DNA of 64,000 bases from Myxococcales bacterium (GTDB taxonomy: Bacteria > Myxococcota_A > UBA9042 > JABWCM01 > BTVJ01): assembly GCA_045863395.1 (NCBI GenBank), contig BTVJ01000028.1:27190-91189 (forward strand), written 5' to 3'. Positions 35,708-45,347 of this stretch are shown here, piece after piece. Numbering within the stretch: the stretch's first letter is position 1; the number at the start of each line of letters is the position of its first letter. The notes under the pieces were generated by a model. That model did no database searches. It saw only the letters and a program-made list of their open reading frames with translations, and had not been told where the DNA came from. The translations under genes were made by a program, and so were the position numbers.

Positions 35708-37786
35708 CTACGGCCCTGGCGCCACGGCGCACTGGCTGAAGAGGCTCTTGAAGTCGATGGTCTTCTTGAGGTTGGCCAGGAAGTCCGCCTCGTCGTCCAC
35801 GCTGACCACCACGTGGACCCCGCCGCCGTAGAGCGCGATCAGCCGGTTGGCGTTGGTCACGTCGTCCGCGCTCGCCTTGTCCGCCGCGCTCGCGTCCACG
35901 ACGTTGACGATCACGTCGATGGGGTTGCCGTTGGCGTCGCGCAGGCGGTTCGACGGGACCTCGCTGGTGTCCACGTAGGCGATCTTCTGCTTCTGCGGGT
36001 CGTTCTTGATGGCGTCGTTGGTGCAGAAGCCCTCTTCGGAGCAGTAGGGCTTGAAGCACTCGGTCTCGCCCGGCTTGTCCTTCTTGGCGCGACAGAAGTT
36101 GAGCTTGCTGCACTGGTCATCGGACGTGCAGCCGAGTCCATAGCGAAGCCGCTTGGCCTGCACCTGCGGGTTGAAGAAGTCGTTGGTGGACGGATACTCG
36201 GTCTCGCCGCCATCCGTGAAGAGGACGACCACATTCAGGCGGCACGCTTTCAGCGGGTCGAAGCACTTGCCCTCGGGACCGCAGAAGTATCCAGGGCTGC
36301 CGCAGTCCGCGTCTTCGAGACAGTTCTTGCCGTCGACGACCACATAGCGGCGCATGTACTCTCCGGCGTAGAACAGGCTCTTGCCGAGGGGGGTCCAGCC
36401 GTGGGCGCGCAGCTCCGGGTTGGTGAAGGTGTGGCAGCGGCGGTTCCCGGCGGGGCCGAGACACACTCCGTCCTGGCAGTCCTGCGGTGAACCACAGATT
36501 GCCGAGGTCTTGAGCAGAGTCTCCTTGAAGTCCATCCACTGAAGGAGCGGGAGCAGATTGGACGTGGACCCGGGGGGCGGGAAGGGCACGAGCAGCACCT
36601 CGTCCAGGGCCTCGTCGAACCAGGTCTTGGTGCCCATGACCGTCTCGTGGGCGCCGTCGTCGCCGGTCATGACGGTGTCGCCCTCGTAGTAGCCGCCCTC
36701 GCACACGGGCGTGGAGCGCTTGGCAGATTGGGGGAAGCGCTGGAGCGCGAAGATCACGTCGAAGGAGTCATCGCTGGAGAAGAACTGGGAGAAGACCTTC
36801 TTGCTGACTCCCATGGTCGTGAATGGCGCGTCGCTCGGCTCGCAGGCGGGCCAGGGCACCAGGCACTGGTCCGTCGCGCCGCCCCCGCAGAGCTTGGGGT
36901 ACTTGCTGGTGCCGGGGAACAGGTTCATGGAGCCCGACGTGTCGACGACCACCAACACCCGCTGGCGCATGTTCTGACAGTCGCCGTCGCGGCACTCCTG
37001 GCCTGGGGGGCAGTTCTTGACGATGATCTCTCCCGACTCGGTGCACACCTTCTGCTGGTACTTGACGCACTCCGTCTTGCCGGGCTCGCACTGCTTGCTC
37101 AGACAGACCCCGGAGACGCAGCTCTGGCCGGTCTGGCAGGGGATGAGGTGGCCCCCGGTGCCGTCCTTGCGGCACAGCCGGATGGCGTCGCCCTCGCAGG
37201 TCGGGACCCCCGGCTGGCAGGGTTTCGGGACGCACGCGTAGTCCTTGCAGGTCTCGCCTTTGCCACAGGTGGAGTCGTCCAGACAGTCGCCGCAGGTCTG
37301 CTTCGAAGGGACGCACACCTGGCTCTTGCAGTCGGCCTTCGCGGTGCAGGGGCCGTAGGGCGGCCGGCACACGTGGTCGACGCACACGAAGCTCCCCTTG
37401 CAGTCCTCGTCGGCGCGGCACTCGACGCAGGTGCCCGCCTCACCGCAGACGCCGGTCTTGCAGGGCTCGGATGGGGAGCAGGCCGCCTCGGCGATACACT
37501 CGCCGTTGAAGCAGACCTTGCCGTCGAGGCACTGGCCGGTGACGTTGCACTGGACGCAGCCGCCCTTGCGGCTGTCGCACACCTGCGTGCCGCACTGGTC
37601 GCTATCGACGCACGGGTCACCGACCACGTACTCGGGGTCGGGGCCGCCGGTGTCGGTGGCGACGTCGGCGGTGGCGACGTCCGCGCTCGCGTCGGCGACA
37701 TCGGACGTGGGTGGCTCGTCCGCCGCCTCGTCGGCACAGGCGACGAGCGCGGCAGTCAGCACCAGGATCCAGGTCTTCACGTTCAT
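35708..37786 (-). CDS. Cys-rich lipoprotein with vWA (MIDAS) domain
   Basis: Lipobox ALVAC; VVDTSGSM, TPLGKSL, LFTDG. Confidence 0.85.
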   Translation of the reverse strand: MNVKTWILVLTAALVACADEAADEPPTSDVADASADVATADVATDTGGPDPEYVVGDPCVDSDQCGTQVCDSRKGGCVQCNVTGQCLDGKVCFNGECIAEAACSPSEPCKTGVCGEAGTCVECRADEDCKGSFVCVDHVCRPPYGPCTAKADCKSQVCVPSKQTCGDCLDDSTCGKGETCKDYACVPKPCQPGVPTCEGDAIRLCRKDGTGGHLIPCQTGQSCVSGVCLSKQCEPGKTECVKYQQKVCTESGEIIVKNCPPGQECRDGDCQNMRQRVLVVVDTSGSMNLFPGTSKYPKLCGGGATDQCLVPWPACEPSDAPFTTMGVSKKVFSQFFSSDDSFDVIFALQRFPQSAKRSTPVCEGGYYEGDTVMTGDDGAHETVMGTKTWFDEALDEVLLVPFPPPGSTSNLLPLLQWMDFKETLLKTSAICGSPQDCQDGVCLGPAGNRRCHTFTNPELRAHGWTPLGKSLFYAGEYMRRYVVVDGKNCLEDADCGSPGYFCGPEGKCFDPLKACRLNVVVLFTDGGETEYPSTNDFFNPQVQAKRLRYGLGCTSDDQCSKLNFCRAKKDKPGETECFKPYCSEEGFCTNDAIKNDPQKQKIAYVDTSEVPSNRLRDANGNPIDVIVNVVDASAADKASADDVTNANRLIALYGGGVHVVVSVDDEADFLANLKKTIDFKSLFSQCAVAPGP

Positions 37787-37862
37787 CGTCCCTCCAAGGC
37801 TCGGCCCGGCAGCATAGCAGGGGGCGCGCCGTGCATCCACGGGCGCCCCGGTCCTGGAGGGG

Positions 37863-38621
37863 TCAGTGGCCTCCGACCAGGAGGACCAGCAGCATCACGG
37901 CGGCGCCGCACAGCATCCACAGCGTGTTGCGCCAGCGCCGGGTGCGCATGGCCTCGGGGATGAGATCCGCGGCGCCAATGTAGAGGAAGGCCCCTGCCAC
38001 GAGCGACGTGAGCACGCCGAGGGTGTCGGGGGCCAGCGTGTCGGTGCCGAGCGCCCCGTAGGAGGCAAAGGCGGCGACCGGAGTGATCAGCGCCACGAAG
38101 AGCGCCGTCCCTTGCGAGGCCGCCACCGACCGGCCCGAGTGGAGCAGCACGGTGAACACGGCGACCCCCTCGGGGATCTTGTGCGCGATGACGGCGACGG
38201 CCGTGCTGAAGGCGAAGTCCTCGGCGGAGCGCGCGGACACCCCGAGCGCCAGCCCGTCGAACAGGGCGTGCAGGCCGAAGCCGAGCGCGGTCATCAGCCC
38301 GAGGGAGGCCCGGGGTCTGGCGCAGTCGCCGGGCTCGTGGACGTGGTCCGCGTGGAAGTGCGGGACGAACTGCTTCTCCATGACCAGGAGCGCCAGAAAC
38401 CCGACGGTGGTCCAGATGTAGAAGGTGGGCGTGAGCTCGGCGGCCTCGGGGAGCAGGTGCAGGAGGGCGGCGCCGGTGACGACCCCACCGGCGAAGGCGG
38501 TCAGCGCGAGGGCATGCCGCCGGGTCCACTCGGTGCGGACGCGGACGAGCGCGATGCCCAGCAGGCTCATCCCCCCCGCGGCCAGGCCCGCGGACGCCAC
38601 ACGAAAGAGCGGGTCCGTCAC
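37863..38621 (-). CDS. ZIP family metal transporter
   Basis: HLLPEA, His-rich loop HFHADHVH, HALFDG, HKIPEG, YIGAADLIPE. Confidence 0.93.
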   Translation of the reverse strand: MTDPLFRVASAGLAAGGMSLLGIALVRVRTEWTRRHALALTAFAGGVVTGAALLHLLPEAAELTPTFYIWTTVGFLALLVMEKQFVPHFHADHVHEPGDCARPRASLGLMTALGFGLHALFDGLALGVSARSAEDFAFSTAVAVIAHKIPEGVAVFTVLLHSGRSVAASQGTALFVALITPVAAFASYGALGTDTLAPDTLGVLTSLVAGAFLYIGAADLIPEAMRTRRWRNTLWMLCGAAVMLLVLLVGGH

Positions 38622-38700
38622 TGCACGTCACCTCCGGCGCGCACGATGCGCGGGGGCGCAATACCGCAACGGCGGGGGGAAGGCAAGGCGCGAGCGGGCA

Positions 38701-39573
38701 TCACCGGTCGAAGGGAAAGTACAAGCTCAGCGCAGGGGGCGCGCCATCGCGGAACAAGACGCCCGCGTGCTCCGCGGTGCGCAGGCCGACGCGTTCGCCG
38801 AGCGCCGAGGGGCTCGGGAGGCCGCCGAGGGTGACGCCGCCGGCAGCACAGGCACGGTCCAGGTCGCGCAGCGCGACGCCGAAGACGTCGAGCTTGGCGA
38901 CGGGGGCGGCGCCGTCCTCTCGGAGGAACATGCTGAGGAGCAGGCTGCCGGAGACGGCGCGCACGTGGGGGAGCGCCGCGAGGAAGCGGCGCGCTCCGTC
39001 GAAGGGGACGCCGAGCAGAGCGAAGGCCTCCTCGATGCGCTCCGGCGCCGGGTCGCCGTGGCACATGCCCAGGTAGACCTTGGTGTCCGGGGAGTCGCCC
39101 AGGCCGAGGGCGACGATCTGGGCGCAGCCGACGTCGAGGGCCCGCGCGACCCGGTGGACGGCGGCGCAGCCCGCCGGAGTCGCGCCGCTCTCCAGGAGCA
39201 CGGGATCGATGGCGCCCATGGCGACGGGCCGGCGCAGGTAGACCCCCGCACGGGGCACGGCGGGCCCGACCACGTCCACCTTGACGACCATCCAGTCGTC
39301 GACGCTGCTGCGCAGGCGCCCCACGCGGGCCTGGTCCTCCTCGCTGAAGCCCTCGTCCATGAGCCACTGGGCGAGCGTGTCGTGGAAGGCCGCGCCCTGC
39401 CCTACGCTGAGCGCCGTGACGCTCGGCAATTCGTACAGCGCGCCGTACTCCATGTAGTGGGAGAGGTAGGGGCCGAAGCGGTCGAGGAAGCTCGCCAGGC
39501 GCTCGCCGGGGAGGAGCCCCAACGCGGAGGCAAGCCCCGCCAGGCGGTCATACAGATCATCGCGGATGCCCAA
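38701..39573 (-). CDS. Hypothetical protein (possible prenyltransferase-barrel-like fold)
   Basis: TTG start with RBS AGGAGG; repeated beta-hairpin motifs (KVD..AGVYL, TKVYL, AKLD, LSLYF). Confidence 0.55.
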   Translation of the reverse strand: MGIRDDLYDRLAGLASALGLLPGERLASFLDRFGPYLSHYMEYGALYELPSVTALSVGQGAAFHDTLAQWLMDEGFSEEDQARVGRLRSSVDDWMVVKVDVVGPAVPRAGVYLRRPVAMGAIDPVLLESGATPAGCAAVHRVARALDVGCAQIVALGLGDSPDTKVYLGMCHGDPAPERIEEAFALLGVPFDGARRFLAALPHVRAVSGSLLLSMFLREDGAAPVAKLDVFGVALRDLDRACAAGGVTLGGLPSPSALGERVGLRTAEHAGVLFRDGAPPALSLYFPFDR

Positions 39574-39789
39574 CGGGCCCTCCTGGTCGGCTCCGGCAGC
39601 GCACGGGCTGGACAAGGATAGCCGGTCGCCTGCGAAGGTTCCAGAAGTTCGCGAGCGGCGAGCGGGAGCGAGGGGCGCTGATGGTCGGGCGCGACACCGA
39701 GCGCCAGAGCGGAGCTTCGTTGGGGGGTTGACGGCGCCGCCCGCCTTGGGGAATCCTGCCGCGCTGCGACCAAGCCCCTGAGGAGCGCC

Positions 39790-40932
39790 ATGGACGACCC
39801 CAAGACCCTGTTCGACCCGACGGATGAGCACCGCATGCTGCGCCAGATGGTGCGCGACTTCGCCTGGAAGGAGGTGGAGCCCCAGGCGGAGGCGCAGGAC
39901 GCGAGAGGGGGCCTCAACCGTGCCCTCTTTGCGAAGGTCGCGGAGCTCGGGATGCTCGGCCTGACTGTGCCCGCCGCGGACGGGGGGGCCGGCCTCGACG
40001 CCACCGCCGCCGTCATCGTGCACCACGAGCTGTCCAAGGTGGACCCGGGCTTCTGCCTCGCGTACCTGGCCCACGCCATCCTGTTCGTCAACAACTTCTA
40101 CTGGGCGTCCAACGACGAGCAGCGGGCCCGGTTCCTGGACAAGGTGCTGAGTGGGGAGTGGGTCGGCGCCATGGCCATGACCGAGCCGGGCGCCGGCACC
40201 GACGTGCTCGGCATGACGACGACGGCGACGCCGCATGAGGGCGGCTTCCTGCTCAACGGCACCAAGACCTTCATCACCAACGGCACGGAGGCGGACGTCG
40301 CCATCGTCTACGCCAAGGTGGACGGTCGCATCACCTCCTTCGTGGTGGAGAGCTCGTCGCCCGGCTTCACCCGCAGCCAGCCGATCAAGAAGATGGGCAT
40401 GCGCGCGTCCAGCATGGCAGAGCTCAACTTCGACGCCGTGTTCGTGCCGGCAGCCAACGTGCTCGGCGATGTCGGCGGGGGCCTCATCCACATGATGCGC
40501 AACCTGGAGATCGAGCGCCTGACCCTGGCTGCCATGAGCCTCGGCATCGCCGACCGCTGCGTGGAGGTCATGGTCCGCTACGCCCAGGACCGCCGCGCCT
40601 TCGGGCAGCCGCTCAACCGCTTCGGGCAGATCCAGCGGTACATCGGGGAGAGCTACGCCAAGACCGAGGCCATGCGCTGCCTGATCTACCAGGTGGCGCG
40701 GTCCGTGGGGCCCGGCGTCCGCAACCGGGTCGGGACCGACGCGGCCAAGCTGTTTGCGTCGACCGCCGCCAAGGAGGTCGCCGACAACGCGGTCCAGGTG
40801 CTCGGCGGGTGGGGCTACTGCGCCGAGTTCACGGTCGAGCGGCTCCTGCGCGACGCCAAGCTGCTGGAGATCGGCGGCGGCACCATCGAGTCCCACCAGA
40901 AGAACATCACCAAGGACCTCGCCATCGGGTGA
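39790..40932 (+). CDS. Acyl-CoA dehydrogenase (isovaleryl-CoA dehydrogenase-like)
   Basis: AMTEPGAGTD, LNGTKTFITNG, KMGMRAS, RRAFGQ, GGWGY, EIGGGT. Confidence 0.93.
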   Translation: MDDPKTLFDPTDEHRMLRQMVRDFAWKEVEPQAEAQDARGGLNRALFAKVAELGMLGLTVPAADGGAGLDATAAVIVHHELSKVDPGFCLAYLAHAILFVNNFYWASNDEQRARFLDKVLSGEWVGAMAMTEPGAGTDVLGMTTTATPHEGGFLLNGTKTFITNGTEADVAIVYAKVDGRITSFVVESSSPGFTRSQPIKKMGMRASSMAELNFDAVFVPAANVLGDVGGGLIHMMRNLEIERLTLAAMSLGIADRCVEVMVRYAQDRRAFGQPLNRFGQIQRYIGESYAKTEAMRCLIYQVARSVGPGVRNRVGTDAAKLFASTAAKEVADNAVQVLGGWGYCAEFTVERLLRDAKLLEIGGGTIESHQKNITKDLAIG

Positions 40933-41023
40933 TGTAACCTGCGGGTGCCTCCCGAGCTTGCGCCCATTGCCGTAGAGTTCCGGTCTGGTCCGCGAAGATC
41001 CATCACCTGACGGTTACATCGCC
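40928..41023. repeat. Imperfect ~20-bp inverted repeat enclosing ~55 nt
   Basis: GGTGATGTAACCTGCGGGTG ... CACCTGACGGTTACATCGCC. Confidence 0.6.
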
Positions 41024-41188
41024 ATTCCCCTCCCCAGGTCGCTCAGGCATCCCCAAGCTCGCGAAATCGTGCCCGTCCCGCGGACCCGGATCCGTGCTCC
41101 CTCCAGACCCGCCGATTGGGGATAACGGGGTATACAACGCCCCATATCACTGTGCTAGGCTCCGCCGCGCCTGGGAGGAGGCGACGCA

Positions 41189-42514
41189 ATGAGCACCATC
41201 GGACGAGGCAGCGCAGGCGCTTGGGACAGCCCGGCCGGGCGCGTGCTGTCGGCCATCGGGCGGCGGCTCTTTGGAGCGCGCATCCCCACCTGGCCGCTTC
41301 TCACCCCCCCGCTCCCCATCGAGGACCTGCCCTGCCCTGCCACCCTGAGGTTCCCGCTGGGACGCAACAACGGCGTGTCGCTGCCACCCATCGCCAGGAA
41401 GGGGGGCGAGGTCGTCGTGGGCCAGTCGATCAGCGACGAGCCCGACGCCCCGGTGCGCCGGAGCCCGGTGAGCGGCACGGTCACGGGCATCGCCAACGCC
41501 CCGGACGTGCGCGGCGTGAAGGGGGGCCGCGTGGTGCTGGTCGAGCCCCGGGAGGCCGCGCCGTTCGAGCCGGTCACATCCAGCGCCGGCGCCGCCATCC
41601 GCGCCCGCCTGCTGGAGGCCGGCGTCATGGCCGGCGTCCGCCCGCGCCTCCTGGGGGAGCTGCTTGGGGTGGGGGACGTGGTCGTGCTGGCCACGGACAT
41701 GGAGCCCGGGGTGTCCGTCGCGCGCCAGCTCCTCCGCGACCGCATGGAGGACGCGCCGCTGGCCGCCCGCCTGCTCGCCCGGGTCACCGGCGGGGCGGCG
41801 GCCCTCGCCGTGCTGCCAGATCAAGAAGAGGTCCGGGCGGTCGCCGCACGCCACGACGTGGACGTGTTGGTCCTGACGCCGGTCTACCCCCACGCGCTGG
41901 AGCCCCTGGTCGGGGCGCGCACTGGCGCCACTGTGATCCCGCTCGAGGCCGCCCTCGCCGCCCTGGACGCGGTCCGGGAGGGCCGCCCCCAGGCACGCAA
42001 GGCGCTCACCGTGATCGCCCCCACGGGCTCCCGCAACGTGCGCGTCGCCATCGGCGCCCGCATCGGCGACGTGCTCGCCCACCTCGGGGTCGAGCCGCAG
42101 GAGCGGGACAAGCTCGTCGCAGGCGGCCCCATGCGCGGGTTTGCGCAGCACTCCCTGGATGGCGCCGTCGACGCGGGGCTCGACGCCCTGGTGCTGATCC
42201 CGGCGACCGAGGTCACCGAGTGGAGCGACGCCCCGTGCATCAACTGCGGGGTGTGCGTCGACGCGTGCCCGCAGGACATGCAGGTGCAGCTCATCGGGCG
42301 CTGCGCCGAGTTCGGGCTCTTCGACCGGGCCGGCGAGCTGGGCGCCCTGGACTGCGCCGAGTGCGGGATCTGTGCGGCGGTGTGTACGGCACGCCGGCCG
42401 CTCCTGCAGCTCATCCGGCTCGCGAAGCGGGAGCTGCAGGCGCAAGAAGAGGCCGCGTCCGCTGCCGGGGAGGCGGCGGCCGAGGCCGAGGACCGGAGGA
42501 CCGTCGCCGCGTGA
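41189..42514 (+). CDS. rnfC: RnfC-like subunit (flavin/NAD motifs degenerate, two 4Fe-4S motifs retained)
   Basis: SPVSGTV barrel-sandwich, IGARIGDVL SLBB, GGPMRG, CINCGVCVDACP, CAECGICAAVC; first gene of the rnf cluster. Confidence 0.85.
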   Translation: MSTIGRGSAGAWDSPAGRVLSAIGRRLFGARIPTWPLLTPPLPIEDLPCPATLRFPLGRNNGVSLPPIARKGGEVVVGQSISDEPDAPVRRSPVSGTVTGIANAPDVRGVKGGRVVLVEPREAAPFEPVTSSAGAAIRARLLEAGVMAGVRPRLLGELLGVGDVVVLATDMEPGVSVARQLLRDRMEDAPLAARLLARVTGGAAALAVLPDQEEVRAVAARHDVDVLVLTPVYPHALEPLVGARTGATVIPLEAALAALDAVREGRPQARKALTVIAPTGSRNVRVAIGARIGDVLAHLGVEPQERDKLVAGGPMRGFAQHSLDGAVDAGLDALVLIPATEVTEWSDAPCINCGVCVDACPQDMQVQLIGRCAEFGLFDRAGELGALDCAECGICAAVCTARRPLLQLIRLAKRELQAQEEAASAAGEAAAEAEDRRTVAA

Positions 42515-42568
42515 GGCCCCGAAGCCTCTCGCATGGGAGCACGACGTCCTCGTGAAGTGGGAGCTGCC

Positions 42569-43534
42569 ATGACCCCTCGCACCGTGACTCTGACCGTGGG
42601 CGCAGCGCCGCACTGGCGCACCCGCAACAGCGTCGCCCGCCTGCACCTGGCGATGATCCTGGCCCTGGCCCCCGCGGCGCTCCTCGGCGCGGTCGGCCAC
42701 GCCTTCGGGCCCAAGGCGGCGGCCCTGGACGGCGCCTTCGGGCCGCTCAACGCCATCATCCGCGAGCTGACCATCGCCATGGGCGTGGACTCGGCGGTGC
42801 TGTGGCTCTTCGGCATCCTGGGCACCGTCGCGCTGGCCATGGGCGTCGCGGTGCTCGTCGAGTACGGCTGCCAGGTGGCCATGCGCCAGCGCTACCACGC
42901 CATGGACGGCCACGGCGCGCTGATGGGCATGCTGCTCGCGCTCATGATGCCCCCGACCGTGCCCTGGTGGGTGCTGATCATCGGCGTGGCGGCGGCGATC
43001 TTCATCGGCAAGCAGCTCTACGGGGGGCTCGGCGGCTACCCGATGCACCCGGCGGTGGTCGGCTGGCTCGTCCTGCTCCTGTCCTTCCCCAACCACGTCT
43101 ACCCGGTGGGGGCGGCGAGCATCGCCGCGCCGTCGGAGCTGGCGGTGCTCGCCACCGCGGTCGGGGGCCTCGCGCTCTGGTGGCTCGGACACATCCGGCT
43201 GGAGATCCCCACCGGCGTGTTGGTCGCCGTGGTGCTCTTCTCGCTGCTGTTCGGGTCGAAGCTCCACGGGGGGGTCATCGACCAGCTCATGACCGGCCAC
43301 GTCATGCTGGCCGCCTTCTTCCTGGCGACGGACACGACGTCGTCGCCGTCGAACCGGGTCCCCATGCTGCTCTTCGGCTTCGGGGTGGGGACGATGATCA
43401 TGCTGATCCGCGCCTTCGGCATCTGGCCGGACGCGGCGCCCTTCGCCGTGATGCTGATGAACGCGATCTTCCCGCTGCTCGACCGCATCCGGCCCCAGCG
43501 AAAGACCCTCGTCCCGCGGGAGGTCAGCCCATGA
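42569..43534 (+). CDS. rnfD: RnfD subunit (short form)
   Basis: APH, GKQLYGGLGGYPMHPA, FFLATD..SSP, FAVMLMN..PLLD. Confidence 0.9.
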   Translation: MTPRTVTLTVGAAPHWRTRNSVARLHLAMILALAPAALLGAVGHAFGPKAAALDGAFGPLNAIIRELTIAMGVDSAVLWLFGILGTVALAMGVAVLVEYGCQVAMRQRYHAMDGHGALMGMLLALMMPPTVPWWVLIIGVAAAIFIGKQLYGGLGGYPMHPAVVGWLVLLLSFPNHVYPVGAASIAAPSELAVLATAVGGLALWWLGHIRLEIPTGVLVAVVLFSLLFGSKLHGGVIDQLMTGHVMLAAFFLATDTTSSPSNRVPMLLFGFGVGTMIMLIRAFGIWPDAAPFAVMLMNAIFPLLDRIRPQRKTLVPREVSP

Positions 43535-44154
43535 CGTCGCCGGTCCGCATGGTCCTCGTGCTCTCCCTCATCGCGCTGGTCAGCGGGGTCGCGCTCGGCG
43601 GCCTGTTCAGCGTGACCCGGGAGCAGGCCGAGAACAACGTGCTGAAGTTCAAGAAGATCCCCGCGGTGGTCGCCATCTCCGAGGCGGTCTCCGGTCCCCT
43701 GGACGACGCGGCCAAGGCGGCCCTGGAGCAGCAGCTCCTCGCGGAGAAGAGGACGGTGGACGTCGGCGGCAAGGACCCGCTCCTGTTCTTCGTGGTGTCG
43801 AAGGACGGCGCGCCGCACGCGGTCGCCCTGGAGGGCGTCGGGCAGGGGTTCGGCGGCGACGTGGGCGTCATGGCGGGCATCGCCATCGAGGGCGGTGGCC
43901 TGGTGGGCATCGGCGTGACGACCATGTCGGAGACCCCCGGCGTCGGCACCCGCGTCCTGGAGCCGACTTTTACTAAACAATTCGCTGGGATGCCCGCAGA
44001 CACAGTCGTCAAGGTGAAGAAGGACGGGGGCGCCGTGGATGCGGTCAGCGGGGCGACCATCACGAGCCGCGCCGTGGCTGCGGGCGTGCAAGGGGCACGA
44101 GAGACATTCGAGCAGCACCGGGAGGCGATCCTGGGTGCCGTGGGGGCGCCATGA
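43531..44154 (+). CDS. rnfG: RnfG subunit
   Basis: N-terminal TM helix, GFGG, ETPGVG, DAVSGATITS FMN-attachment motif. Confidence 0.93.
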   Translation: MTSPVRMVLVLSLIALVSGVALGGLFSVTREQAENNVLKFKKIPAVVAISEAVSGPLDDAAKAALEQQLLAEKRTVDVGGKDPLLFFVVSKDGAPHAVALEGVGQGFGGDVGVMAGIAIEGGGLVGIGVTTMSETPGVGTRVLEPTFTKQFAGMPADTVVKVKKDGGAVDAVSGATITSRAVAAGVQGARETFEQHREAILGAVGAP

Positions 44155-44744
44155 CAGCGCTGGCCAAGGAGTTCACGAAGGGCCTGTGGGCGGAGATCCC
44201 GCCCTTCCGCCTGGTCTTGGGCCTCTGCCCGGCACTGGCGGTCACCACCACGGCCGAGAACGGCCTCGGGATGGGGCTGTCCGCCACCTTCGTGCTGGTG
44301 GGAGCGAACGCGCTGGTCTCGGCCATGCGCAACATCATCCCGAACGAGGTGCGTGTCGCCTCGTACATCGTGATCATCGCGACCTTCGTCGTCGCGGTGG
44401 AGATGCTGACCAAGGCGTACTTCTTCCAGCTCTCGGAGAGCCTCGGCCTGTTCATCCCCCTCATCGTGGTGAACTGCATCATCCTCGGGCGCGCGGAGGC
44501 CTTCGCCCGCAAGAACGGAGTGGCCGCCGCCGTCGCCGACGGGCTCGGCATGGGGCTCGGCTTCACGCTGGCGCTCCTGGCGGTGGGCATCATCCGCGAG
44601 GTGCTCGGGGCCGGCAAGCTGGGCCTCTTCTTTGGTGACACGGTGCTGCTGGACACCCCCATCGGCTTCCTGCAGGAGGCTCCGGGGGCCTTCGTGACCC
44701 TGGGCCTGATGCTCGGGCTCATGAACGTCGTGGGACGGAAGTAG
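44151..44744 (+). CDS. rnfE: RnfE subunit
   Basis: LGLCPALAVT, FIPLIVVNCIILGRAE. Confidence 0.95.
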   Translation: MTALAKEFTKGLWAEIPPFRLVLGLCPALAVTTTAENGLGMGLSATFVLVGANALVSAMRNIIPNEVRVASYIVIIATFVVAVEMLTKAYFFQLSESLGLFIPLIVVNCIILGRAEAFARKNGVAAAVADGLGMGLGFTLALLAVGIIREVLGAGKLGLFFGDTVLLDTPIGFLQEAPGAFVTLGLMLGLMNVVGRK

Positions 44745-44755
44745 GAGGCCAGACG

Positions 44756-45331
44756 ATGGAAGGGACCCTCGCGCTCATCGTCAGCGCGATCTTCATCAAT
44801 AACATCCTGCTCGCCAAGTTCCTGGGCAACTGCCCCTTCCTCGGCGTCTCGAAGAAGATGGACACCGCCATCGGCATGGGCGCCGCGGTGGTGTTCGTGC
44901 TCACCGTGGCGGCGCTCTTCACCTGGGTGGTCGAGCACCTGCTGCTTGCCCCCCTCGGGCTCGGCTACATCCGCACGCTGGCGTTCATCCTCGTCATCGC
45001 GGCCCTGGTCCAGTTCGTCGAGCTGTTCCTGCGCAAGTCGATTCCGGCGCTCTACAAGTCGCTGGGCATCTTCCTGCCGCTGATCACCACCAACTGCGCG
45101 GTGCTCGGCGTGGCAATCCTGAATGTCCAAGAGGATCTGAGCCTGTTCCAGGCCCTGATCTTCTCGGCCTCGGCGGCGGCAGGCTTCGGCCTCGCCCTGG
45201 TGATCTTCGCCGGCATCCGCGAGCGCTTCGAGACCGCCCGCATCCCGAAGCCCCTGGAGGGCACGGGGATCGGCCTCGTGACGGCGGGCCTCCTGGCCCT
45301 GAGCTTCTACGCCTTCAAGGGCATGATCTGA
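44756..45331 (+). CDS. rnfA: RnfA subunit
   Basis: FLGNCPFLGVS, FLPLITTNCAVLG. Confidence 0.95.
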   Translation: MEGTLALIVSAIFINNILLAKFLGNCPFLGVSKKMDTAIGMGAAVVFVLTVAALFTWVVEHLLLAPLGLGYIRTLAFILVIAALVQFVELFLRKSIPALYKSLGIFLPLITTNCAVLGVAILNVQEDLSLFQALIFSASAAAGFGLALVIFAGIRERFETARIPKPLEGTGIGLVTAGLLALSFYAFKGMI

Positions 45332-45347
45332 TTCAAGGGAGGGTCCC

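Noticed and set aside
40928..41023. Integron attC site
   Set aside because: The ends resemble but do not fit RYYYAAC/GTTRRRY; single copy, no integrase, and the flanking genes are not cassette-like
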